Origin: Felis catus
Taxonomy: Eukaryota
Direction of reading: 5' to 3'
Length of the DNA stretch: 64,000 nt
NCBI RefSeq assembly: GCF_018350175.1
Contig: NC_058368.1
Span: 214,026,001 to 214,090,000 of the forward strand
Of the stretch, positions 11,451 to 22,573 are shown in pieces. The number at the start of each line of letters is the position of its first letter. The first letter of the stretch is position 1. A model generated the notes under the pieces. It was not told the origin of the DNA and did no database searches. It saw only the letters and a list, made by a program, of their open reading frames with translations. The position numbers were made by a program, and so were the translations under genes.

Positions 11451-13179
11451 CAGTAAAATTGTTCCACAGGAGCCTTCGTGGGCTGTAGTAGCCAAGGATG
11501 CTGTTTCCTAGAGAATTAGCTGGAGTTTTCTGCTCAACGTGTGATTCTGCAGAAAATTACTTGTGCAAGGCAAATATGCAAAAGTAAACCTTCTTGTCGC
11601 ATCATTGCTGGGCCAGCAGAACCAGTTTTCATGGAGGGCATGGACTGGGGGCCCCAAGGTAAGGGGCAATTTGCTATCCTTGGGCTCATAAGTGGATTTG
11701 GCAGAGGGCACTTGCAGAGGTGTCCTCCTCAGTCAGCATTTGCTGAAGGCTTGTGTGACAAACATGAGCAAGAGCACAGAATCTCATAAGAAAGTGCTCA
11801 GAAACAAGAGAAAATTTCCGCTCAGGTCTGGATGGGGCAAGAGCAATGCAGAGCCTGTTCATCAGCAGGAAGGGAACAAGGCAGGAGGAGGAGGAGGAAA
11901 ACAAAATGATTCTCAAAGTCCCAACTAGCCAAGCCTTTTATTAAGGCCTGGTAACTGATACCACCACTCCGTTGTCCAGAATTCCCAGTCATCATAAATA
12001 AATGAAGTTCAAGTTTACTATATAGTATAAAGTATATAGTTCCCACTGGTCTTTTTAATAGATCCATAAAGTCCTGAGTTAAGGAGCTCCTCTAGGCACC
12101 ATCATATTGATATCTGGACTGGAGGAACCTACCCATTATTGCAGCCCAGAGTCAATGACACCTGTGATTTTAACAAGGTTTATATCTCTTCAGGTGGCTA
12201 TAGATTATGTTAGCATGGATTCCAAAATGCATTTCGTGGTAGGTTCATAAAAGGGGCACTGAGTGACTGAGAGTGCAGTGTCTTCAGGCGATATTCCTAC
12301 AGCAAATGTGGCATCTGGTCTCATAAGCTTTTCCCTCTAGGGTCTCTTGATCAAAGCCAAGGTCTTGGCACCTACAGTACAGCTTGGGAAGAGTTCTGCA
12401 GAAGCCAAGACCACTTGGTTCGGTTCTGTGCCTTCTGATGTCGTTTGATCAAATGATAGACTTTATGTGCCACTGGGTCATATATTCTATATAACTGTCC
12501 ATCAACATCACTTTTCTAAACCTGAAGCTTTGATAAGAATTGGACAGTTGACAGTTTGGTGTTGTATTTTTAGACACTGTGTTCTTTTAAAGAGAGTTTG
12601 GCAATTGAGGATGGAATTGTGTTCTTTGGAAATAAAAAATAAACAGATGGCAATTTTATACTATTTTATGAAATGTGACTAGGCAAAATATGCTGTCTAC
12701 TTGGATTGATAGTCATTGGACCATCACGTGGTGGCCAAATGCAGAAAATTAGCATATATCTTAGGAACTAGTTCTGGGGCTTTTCTGGTACTTGAAAAAA
12801 ATGATTAATTAAGTCCTGAAAATTTTACACTATAGAGCATGAGAAGAAGCTTTGACCCTGTAAACTGTTGGAGCAGTTGTTACTAGTTCCCCTCAATGAC
12901 CATATAAAACCTGGACAGATAACACAGTTTTGATCAAAGCAGTGTTCTGGTGAAACTGCCAGGTTGAATTAATTTAAAGATGTACTTGCTTTAGCCTCTA
13001 AATAAATGTACCTATTTTATGAGATAATTGAATATGAACCAATTAGACTTTGGACAATATCTGCCAAAAATGATTTTAGTTGGGCCCTATAATTAATTAA
13101 CTGGAGGCCCTCTGAATCAGAAGGGTTTGTTTGTTATCAAATATAATTTGGAGGAATTTTGGCCACAAATCCTTGGCTC

Positions 13180-13390
13180 TTTTTTCTTTTTAAAGTTTAT
13201 TTATTTGGAGAAAGAGCAAGGGAGCATGGGTGGGGGAGGGGCAGAGAGAGAGAGAGAATCCCAAACAGACTCTGTGTGGGCCAAGCCTGATAAGCCTAAC
13301 GTGGGGCTCAAACCCAGGAACCATGAGATCATGACCTGAGCTGACGTCAAGAGTCAGACACTTAACTGACTGAACCACCCAAGCACCCCC
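13180..13390 (-). mobile_element. Can-SINE (older, diverged)
   Basis: TTTATTTATTT..GAGAGAGAGAATCCCAA..GAGATCATGACCTGAGCTGA..CTTAACTGACTGAACCACCC; no clear TSD. Confidence 0.9.
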
Positions 13391-15200
13391 CAGTCAGGGT
13401 GTTTTAGAGCGGGAGTTGCTATATATAGGAGAGGACCCTAAATGGAACCCTTGTCTTTAGTTTGAATGGTAAGCATTCATGGACAGGACCAGTGCAAAAA
13501 GCCATAAGGGGTAACTGAAACACACACACGCACACACATACAAATGTGAAGGAACATGTCCCAGGCTCAGCATTACCCAAATGAACTGGAATGCCACATT
13601 AGTAAGTCCAGAAGTATCTGGCTTCACAAATAAGTCAATAACCACTCTGCTGATGGGAACCTAGTTTTGAGAGTAAGGTTGTAATGGCAACATATTATTT
13701 TTCTGCCTCTTTTGTTCACACATCTTCGCCCAGTGAAGATACCAATTACGTAAGTAGAAATGAGAGTCTTTTCAAACTAGACACCCTTCAGGCACTAGAA
13801 ATGAGAGCTTATCAAGGAAGGGCCTCAGGTAGATGGCAGCCTTCAGGAAACTCTGTCGTCAATAAACAAATGTTGTCTTTGTCCTTTAGAAGGCTGTGGG
13901 GTCACCAAAAGAATGTAATATTCCACTTATCTGCCTTACATCTTCCACTTCAAAATATCAACTTCAAAATACAGCTCTGACTCAGAAGTATTAAAAAGCC
14001 TCATTTAGGAAACTCTGCCCCAGATGAAGCCATGTATTTGCTTCCTCAGTTCTCTCAGATTTATTGGCTCTTCTGGGTAAGATTCTTAACAAATACATGA
14101 ATCTGGCTTATCCTGCTCTTCAGATGAGAAGCAGTGTACTATGACAGGAAGAGAAAGAGAATGTCTCAATAATAGCTGGAGATGTGGTCAGAGCCAGTGA
14201 AATGTTAAGTTCAGAGTAATAACAATAAAAAATCCAATTCTAGACATGGAACCATATTTTATATAAGAATAAATTGTTGTGTATTCATGATAATAATTCT
14301 GAATTAAGACCTGGCCAAAATGCCATTTTCCAGGGCATAAAATAATAAATGTTAAAATCAACCATAAAATGTATTTGTAAGCTCAAAATAAAAATAATAT
14401 TTTAGCATGAAGCAGATTTTACCATATGAAGGAAAATAAGTTTGCGCCAAAGATAGACCAAAAAATAAGAGAATAATGAAAAATGAAAAAAAATATTGGT
14501 TTAACAGGAACCACTTTCCATCAGATGTTACAGAAAGCAAACATCAGGCTTCTCACAAATCTGGATCACAGAAGCTCAAAGTGGTTTGCACACATTACTT
14601 AGAAGAGGTCACTGGCATTAGGGTTTTCACCAAGGAGGAACTGCCAGGCCACAAACCAGGAAGCTCGGGACACAACACCGCTCTTGGAAAGATGTATTTG
14701 TGCGAAGAGGGGCCTGCACAAGTGAAACATGGGCATGAAGCCAGCAGCACCATGGAATTGCCTGGGGGTGGTACAGGATGTGCTGGGGGTGTGCTGAGTG
14801 GAAACCAGTTGTATAAATATACAAGATCAAGTATATGTGTTTGTGAACATTTAGAGGGGAACCAAGTCAGCATAAGGAAAGCAGTGCAGGTAGACAAAGC
14901 CTCTTCTTCCTCCTCCTCATGTTCACGCATCAGCAAGGGCTAGAGGAGTTCATTTGAAGGTGTAAGAGTTAAATTGGGATCACACCTGACAGCCCCTGTT
15001 TTTGCTCTGTGATGAGAGAGTAGAAATCAGGGGCCACGTTTAGTTTTATCTGTTTTTGAATCTGGAAATGTATGCTCCATTTCTGAAAGATTTTCATTAA
15101 AATACATCTAAAATAATAAAATTTGATCTTTACAGAGGTAATACTGTATAGTGGTTATATTTCTGACAAAACAAGTTCAAGTTCTGGCTTTGCTTCTTAT

Positions 15201-15277
15201 TAGCTATATGACCCCAGGCAAATTTTAAATACCTTTACTAGCTGCATGACCCCCAGGAAAGTTTTAAATACCTTATC
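15201..15277. repeat. Two-unit ~38-bp tandem duplication inside a MIR remnant
   Basis: TAGCTATATGACCCCAGGCAAATTTTAAATACCTT followed by TAGCTGCATGACCCCCAGGAAAGTTTTAAATACCTT. Confidence 0.85.
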
Positions 15278-15466
15278 TTTAAAAAAAAATAAGAAATAGG
15301 ACATATCAAAATGACAAATACCATTGGCAGAGGTGTGGTTGAGAATACCTGTGTCCCACTTGAGGGGCATCACTAGTGACCCCATCATTTGCCAATTTCT
15401 ATGATTCTGAAGACTCATGGTTAGTGTGTGTCATGTCCTTCCCATTGCTCATCTAACTTGTGGGGG

Positions 15467-17210
15467 AGAGTTCACAAATGAGATGGAGTAATTGGAGGGA
15501 GCAATGAAGAAACTGGAATTTGATCTGAATCCTGAAGGAGGGGACAGAGTTAGGAGAAGCAGAAGATAAGTCCCCACCTGACCATGGAATTTATAGAGGC
15601 TGCCAAAGCAACTCTTCTCCTGTGGGCAGAAGACATTGTTTCTTTCTGCTGTTTCTCAGAATTCTCATCCTCGTTCAGTCTCAGCTTTCCAAGGAAAAGG
15701 CCAGAAAGCACAACAATTATACTCAGAGAGACCTCAGGCTGCATGAGAAATAAAGACCATTTCCTGTTGATTTCCTATTAATTCAGCCACACCTAGATTC
15801 TCAGAGTAGAGCTGTTTGGAGAGTAGGCATGGCTGAGAGTGTTTCTTGAGGTTAGGCTGAAAGTGGACAACCTTCTACTCTGTTTTTCTTCTTCCATTAT
15901 GGGGTCTAAAGGGCCTCCACTTTGCCTCCTGCCTCCATGTTCTTTGAGTTCATCTGTCCTTTCATTGTCCATAATCTTGAATGCTGCTGCCAGAATCAAC
16001 AGAAACAGGAGGCAGCTGGGCCTTTCAGACCCAGTCAGGCACAGTCTTCAGCTCCTACCAGTGGATGGACGTGTGAGAATCTGGGCTGCCTAGAGCCTCT
16101 CCATTCTTGGGGAATGCCTGGTGGTTTTCCATGACTCTGTTCACATCCTGGAACTCATGTCTGATGACCCGGTCACCTCTGGTCTGAACCCATGACTTTG
16201 GCCATGGAAAATCCATGGTGTCACAGTGCTTAGCAAGTGGCTCCTTTGTTGCTGGCCAAGGTGCTGATCATGTGGGAGGCAGAACTCCAGTCTTCCTGCC
16301 AATGCAACTCCTGCAAGGGAATGGAGCTGGAAACTTGTCCTGATTGGATGACCCAGTAACATCCTGCTACTTGGGAGGGGCAGTTATCACTACATTTCTG
16401 GGGTCTCCAGTGGCAATTCCCTCTTCAGCTGGGATTGGGGAGGGAGAGAGGGGGATAAGTGCTTTAAAGGCAACACATTCAGCAAGAGCAGTTTTATTTT
16501 GGGTAGGATGAGGTGGAGGATGAGGAGCTTGGGGTTAAGGTTCAGGAGACGGTTGGGAAGGACCATAGAGACTACCAAGGCAGCAAAAGAGGCTAAAGGA
16601 TGGGATAAGGCAGAGGTGGAAGACAGGGGTCAGGGGATGGGGCCAGTAGGGCTTAATCCTGGACAATGGCAGAAAAACCTATAGTGACTAGGAGGAGCAT
16701 CAGGGCTGGGAGTGGAGTACTTGGCTAGGAAGAATCTTTGAGATTTTGCAATATAATACATGACAGAGAGTCCCAGGGAGGGACAATTGGGGAAAGGAAA
16801 CAGCAGAAAGGAAAAAAAAAAAAAAAAAAAAAGCCTTTTGAGGGCATCTCCTCCCATAGGAGAAGAGTTGTTTTTGGCAGCCTCTATAAATTCTAGCTGG
16901 CCAGGTGGGACCCCTGCTGTAATATTAGGTGGGGATTTATCCTCTACCCTCTCTCTCTCTCTCTAAGTGCATAATAGCTATCCGAACTGTTACTCATAAG
17001 GCAAAATCCTTGTTTTCAAAGAGTTTACAATTCAGCTGGTGATATATCATGTTCACTCAATGGAGGGTTAAATAAAAACCTAGCAGTACAGAATAAAGTG
17101 ACATGGTATTCAGAATGAATGGATGTTCTAAAAAGAAAGAGTTCACAAATGAGATGGAGTGATTGGAGGAGGAAACATGGAGAAACTGGAATTTGATCTG
17201 AATATTGAAG
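15467..17210. repeat. Direct repeat pair A (15467-15537 and 17138-17210)
   Basis: Two exact 23-nt blocks are shared: AGAGTTCACAAATGAGATGGAGT and AGAAACTGGAATTTGATCTGAAT. Confidence 0.9.
15549..16966. repeat. Inverted repeat pair B (15549-15656 and 16797-16966)
   Basis: GAATTTATAGAGGCTGCCAAA (15587-15607) is the reverse complement of 16873-16893; CAACTCTTCTCCT (15609-15621) of 16858-16870; CTTTCTGCTGTTTC (15642-15655) of 16797-16810. Confidence 0.9.
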
Positions 17211-18744
17211 TAAGGGGCAAGCCTTGGAGAGGTAGTCGTTGGAAGAGCGGGGTTTTAGGTGGGAAGAATATACTATGGCAGAATTGAGGAAGGCATTTTA
17301 TCAGGAAAAATACAGTAGGCTGGCTAGGGTGGAAACTATATGAAGGGGGAAAATGAAAGATGCTTGGATAGCAAGGAGGCCACAGTGATGTACCCTTCCA
17401 AGAACATGGAGGAAAGAAGGCTGTCAATACATAATGTGCCAGAGCTGAGATATGCCAGGTTACCTTAAACATCAAGCTGTATTTTTGGCCTAGAGGATTG
17501 TACTGTAACAAGATAAAATATATAAAGTTAACACATATAAAGAAAATAATCAGAAAAAGTAGAGTTAGCCAAACAAATGAGATTTGGACATCCTCATCAA
17601 AGTCTGTCTGAGTTTTGTACCCAAATGATTTCTAGTCTTCTGGTCTTATTGGTAAGAGCATCACATGGGCAGATGTCAGCATCAGAAGGCTTGAGTAGCT
17701 ATTCAATTAGATGAACAAATAAATGATTGAATGATCTTATTAAATATTCAATTAATCTGATTCTTCTTTTTTTCTTCTCTTTTCATACTCACCAAGCATT
17801 CTTTTGATTATAACTTAGCACTTCTTTTATATTTGCCTGCAAAGAGACAATGACTGATCATAGACATTTTAGCCTCTACCACAAGAATTTCCAGTGTAAA
17901 ATAAATCTTCTTGTTTCCTACATTATACTCATGAGTTTGGCTAATGGAAAAGATCCCCTTTTGGTTTCTGAGGCTATCAGACGCTGGATGGTGGTCAATT
18001 TGCTGGCACAAAAATATCTTTGTGTGAGGTTTCTTGAGGATAACCTTGCCATGGTTGAGTAAGTGCTGTTTGCAGCATGATTATGAAGGGTCTTAAGTGC
18101 CAGCATGATGAGTATTGAGTTTATTCTGTAGGCATTTGGGTGTGGTTCAGGTTAGTGAATGCTTACTGACCACTTGCTTTGGGAGAGGCATGCTTCTTGG
18201 GGGAGGAAAGCCTCAATTAATAGTCTCTGTGGAATCCATGGTATAGTAGGGAAGGCAGCTCCTCACAAAACCATTTATGATGAACATTTCAGATAAAGGT
18301 AGAAAGTAGACTTCAGGAAGGAAGTGGCATTCAAACTGGGCCTAAAAGAGGAAGGATAATTTTAGCTGGCAGAACTAAGGGAAAGGCCATTTTAAGATGT
18401 GGGAGCAACGTTTTAAGATGTGAGGGGAAATGACAAAAACCCCTCGTGCCTGAAGATGGGTGATGAATATCGAGAGGAGAAAGGTTGGGTGAAGCAGAGA
18501 TGACCTTGACCAATGGGCTATCTTGTAATGGTGGTTTGTGACCAGACAAGTGATGCAAATGGATTTTATTTATTTAAGAAAAAAGTTAAAGTATTGTGAA
18601 TAATGAATTGAAAAGGACATTTGGGAAGAGAAATATACATTATAAGACCGTGTTATGTATCAGGTGAAAGATGGAGAAAAGCCTGAACTACAGATATAAA
18701 GGGAATACAGTGGGAGTAGAAGGAAAAAGGCAGGTTTCAGGGCA

Positions 18745-19360
18745 GAGTTTTTAATATAGTGGCCGAGGGGCTTCTACAAGCCCTACAGGTGACCTAAGGG
18801 GATGCATGAACCTCAAAAGCTGTGTATCAAGTTTTGTGGGAGTGCAAGTGTGAATCTGGGGAGAGGATTCTGTTAGCCCATATCCCCTAACAAGCAGATG
18901 CCAACATGCTGTAAAACATTTAAGAATTTTTGTAGGGAAAATGCCTGTGGGAGAAAGCTGGGAGGGAATTGACAGAGGCTGGGAGAGCCCTCAGCGAAGG
19001 AAAGCAGGAAAAAAGTTTTGGTGGAAGACTTGTAGAATGCCCTGCCATCGAAAGAAGGTTCAGCAAAGCCATGGACAAATCCTCCAGCCAACTTACTGGA
19101 GAGAGGAGTCCCTACTCTCCCAGGAATGGCTGTGCCTGAATATCCCTGCCATGCTTAGTAATTTTCTGTGAACGGCCTGTCAGAAGCATAGCTGGGGCAC
19201 AAATGCAACAGCTCTGTTTCCAAGCACAGAAGCTGTGGTGCTTTTCACTGGCACTTCTGCAGCTGGAGACCTGAGAGGTTCATTCTCAACACCACCACCA
19301 AGGCACACAGCTTTTATTGGATTCCCAAGGAGGTTCATACCAAAATAGGGTTAAAACATT
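18745..19360. mobile_element. Charlie-type MER split by an old LTR (LTR ~18871-19300)
   Basis: MER halves (..GGGGATGCATGAACC..CTGGGGAGAGG / ACAGCTTTTATTGGATTCCCAAGGAGGTTCAT) flank a TG...CA-bounded ERVL-like LTR remnant. Confidence 0.4.
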
Positions 19361-20109
19361 ACCTTTTAGAACATTTTGAGGTAAAGCTAATAATATATGC
19401 AGGTAATTTTCTGCATACTAGGAGAATGGTGGTGCCATTGCCTAATGCATGATGTGCAGGATGAGGCACAGTGCAAGAAAATGTGTTGTTTCTACCACGT
19501 TGTGTTTGAGATGCTATTGAGAGCCCATTCAATATCTGCTGAGCAAGCAGAAGTCTCAGGTGGCACAGGCTCAGCTGTAACTCTCTGAAAGACAGTGTTC
19601 ATGTAATAACTGAAGTGACAATGGAGACAAGAGACACAAATGAGTTTCCTTCAGGAAGAGTGTAGATTGAACAGAGCAGAGGGTCAAATGTTTTTGTTTT
19701 AGATGGAGGTATTGAGCTATAATTGTCCTCACACATGGTTGAGAGAAGCCAGGATAAGAGTGAAAAGGAGTGGTCCAAAAGGGAAGAGATAATCACTAAA
19801 GAACTTGTATCCTAAAAGCAGTGAGGACAGGCTCTAAAAAATAGTGGTGTTGTCAAAAATGCCCAATACTACCAGAATATTAAGCTGGAAGAGGTCCAAG
19901 GAAGAGAGTCATATTTTAAGAAGAAAAGAATCATGGAATAGAGACCTCGTGTTATCACTATATTAGCTCTGTGTTTGGTATCTCTGCATTTTTGTGAAGA
20001 ACTGTTCATGACATTCAATCCCTTCTCAACTCTAAACCAGAATAAAGTGGGTACAGTCAGGAAGGAGGCTAGAAGAATCAGGTTTTATCCCCCTAAAATG
20101 AATGGTGCT

Positions 20110-20305
20110 CTTCTTTAAGTTTATTTATTCTGAGAGAGAGTGCGCAAGTGGGGAGGGGGCAGAGAGAGAGGTTGGGAATCCCAAGCGGGCACCACAGGGT
20201 CAGTGCAGAGCCCAACATGGACTTGATCCCACAAACTGTGAGATCATGACCTGAGCTAAAATCAAGAGTTGGTCGCTCAACCAACTGAGCCACCCAGGCA
20301 CCCCT
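20110..20305 (-). mobile_element. Can-SINE (older)
   Basis: AAGTTTATTTATT..GGGGAGGGGCAGAGAGAGAG..GAGATCATGACCTGAGC..CTGAGCCACCCAGGCACCCC. Confidence 0.92.
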
Positions 20306-20705
20306 ATTTGTGTATGTCTGAGGCATTTTTTTCTTTTCTGTGTCTTGAGAAGTTGTCACTCAAATCCCACAAAAGAAAAACTAAATAGTACCTAATGCAT
20401 GTACTTTATATTAGATATTTTAGACCTACTACTGTATATTTGCTTTTGAATGATGATGATAGCATTAAAAAATAGATGATTGATATCATCTTTTATTGAA
20501 TTCATTTTTGAAAAATGTATTTTCTAGTTGAAGATACCTTTCCCTGTGTCTTGTTGGCACTAGAAACTTACACTATTGTCTGATAGTTCAGAAAAGCTTC
20601 TCAGTGCCAGTTACATATTCACATTGTTTGATGACCAAGGCTCGATTTCTATAAAGCGTAAGTGTGTGGAGGGTTGATTCAAGCATTGTCTATTTGATCG
20701 ACATG

Positions 20706-20707
<2 letters not shown>

Positions 20708-20755
<48 letters not shown>
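20708..20755. repeat. Uninterrupted (T)48 homopolymer
   Basis: Read directly from the sequence. Confidence 0.95.
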
Positions 20756-20756
<1 letters not shown>

Positions 20757-22333
20757 GCAAGATGGTAGTTTTTCTTTTCTCCACCACTCAGTGTCCTCTA
20801 TATAAAGATCCACATGACTCATTTACTTGATTTTTGTTCTGGGAATATTTTATTTCTAGTGTGAAATATATACTTTTAACGTTTTAGGAAATACAAACTT
20901 TGTAATATAACCTCTTTCCGTTTTCCTCTTATTGCTAGAGCATTACTTGATACTTAATTGTAATATGGTTTAATCTTAGTCCTAGGAAGGTGACTTCTAG
21001 AGAAGTGCTTGGTAATATATACTTGGTGAATTACTGAATGAATGGATTAGTTCCTTTTGATCAACTCAGCCCTGTTTCTGCAATAAGTGTCATATTTTAC
21101 ATTATGCTTCAGCTTGTAAATTACTTTGGGTTATCTCAGAAGTAGACTGAGAATTAATCTTGAATTCAATCTATAAAACAAGCAAACTGCACCTACAAAA
21201 AAAAGAAGAAAATGAGTTTCTTTGATTTTTTTCACCACTTAATGTCATATAATGTCATCTGTAAGAGTACAACCAATGTTGGTTTCATTTTTAAGGAAGG
21301 TCAAGAAGAAAAGTCACCATTTTTGGTTAATACTTTGAGTTGATTCAAAGAAATACGGGCATGGGAGTAGCATTGTCTTTGAAGTCAGATAGATTATATA
21401 AAACTTGCTAATGCTGTAACCTTGGAAAGCTAAATGGCTTCTTTCAACTTCAGCTTCTTTGTAAAACTGAGGCAATAATGCCAACTATCTCCTAGGGTGG
21501 CTTATGAATTAAATGAGATAAAATATGGGAAGCCCTGTACATATGATCAGACAAAGTTAAGTGTTCAGAAGACTTCAGATCCCTCCCTTCTTTTCCTGTG
21601 AGCATCACTACAAGCAGAAATTCAATTATGGGAGAAGAAAGGCAATCAAGGAACACTCAACTTTCCTTGCTGTTATAAATCAAGAACATATTTATGAATT
21701 ATATTTTAGCGTGCTTGCCAGAGAAAATGAAAACAACAAACAGAAAATGCAGGTACAAAATCTCACTCTTCTCTTGTATTGTCCTGGCTGTAAAATGTCT
21801 ATGGGTATTTTTTGTTTGGCATTTAAAATCTGGTGTTTCTGAGTCCTACGAGGAAGCCCACAAACCACTCACTCTGCTTCAAGTATTGACATTCCTGTGA
21901 AGAACTGGTATTTTTTATAGGATTATTACTCGTCATGACTGAAGTTCAATAGATAAATTAAAAACACAGCCACTCTTCAGCCCTGGAAGTGACTCACTTC
22001 TCAAGTAATGCTCTGCGTTTGCTTCAAGATGGGCTTAAAGATGCCCTGAATCAGAAATGCTCATTGTCAAAGTGGCCTCTGGACCGTTCCCAGAAGAATT
22101 TGTGGGTTGTCTAATAGAACTGCACAGGCATTTGGCCCGGCGCTTTCTGGAGCTTGTCCTGCAAATTCCTGTAATTTGCACCAGGTCACTTGTTATCCAT
22201 TTTAGCTGACTGAACAGTTTGAATCATGAGTGTGAAAAGGCAATAGTTAGCAGAGACCTTCCAGGAATGTGCTGTTGCCATCCTGATCATGTCTAAGCAG
22301 GGCCATGAACTACAACAAGCTCTTCACTTTGCA

Positions 22334-22334
<1 letters not shown>

Positions 22335-22378
<44 letters not shown>
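22335..22378. repeat. (AC)22 microsatellite
   Basis: Read directly from the sequence. Confidence 0.95.
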
Positions 22379-22379
<1 letters not shown>

Positions 22380-22435
22380 ACTCTTTCAGAATAATTATCA
22401 GTTGCTGTGAAAACTAACTTACAACAAGAATCTGC

Positions 22436-22447
22436 AAAAAAAAGAAA

Positions 22448-22507
<60 letters not shown>

Positions 22508-22573
22508 GAGGAAGGAAGGAAGGAAGGAAGGAAGGAAGGAAGGAAGGAAGAAAGGAAGGAAGAAAGAAAGAAA
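22436..22573. repeat. Compound (GAAA)n(GGAA)n purine tract
   Basis: 138 nt containing only A and G. Confidence 0.95.

Noticed and set aside
14476..14943. 155-aa ORF
   Set aside because: No recognisable domain, splice context or retrocopy hallmarks.
20554..20610. 57-nt imperfect hairpin (TGGCACT-AGAAACTT / AAGCTTCTCAGTGCCA), tempting as a pre-miRNA near DROSHA
   Set aside because: Stem is short with a large asymmetric internal loop; such folds arise by chance in 64 kb.
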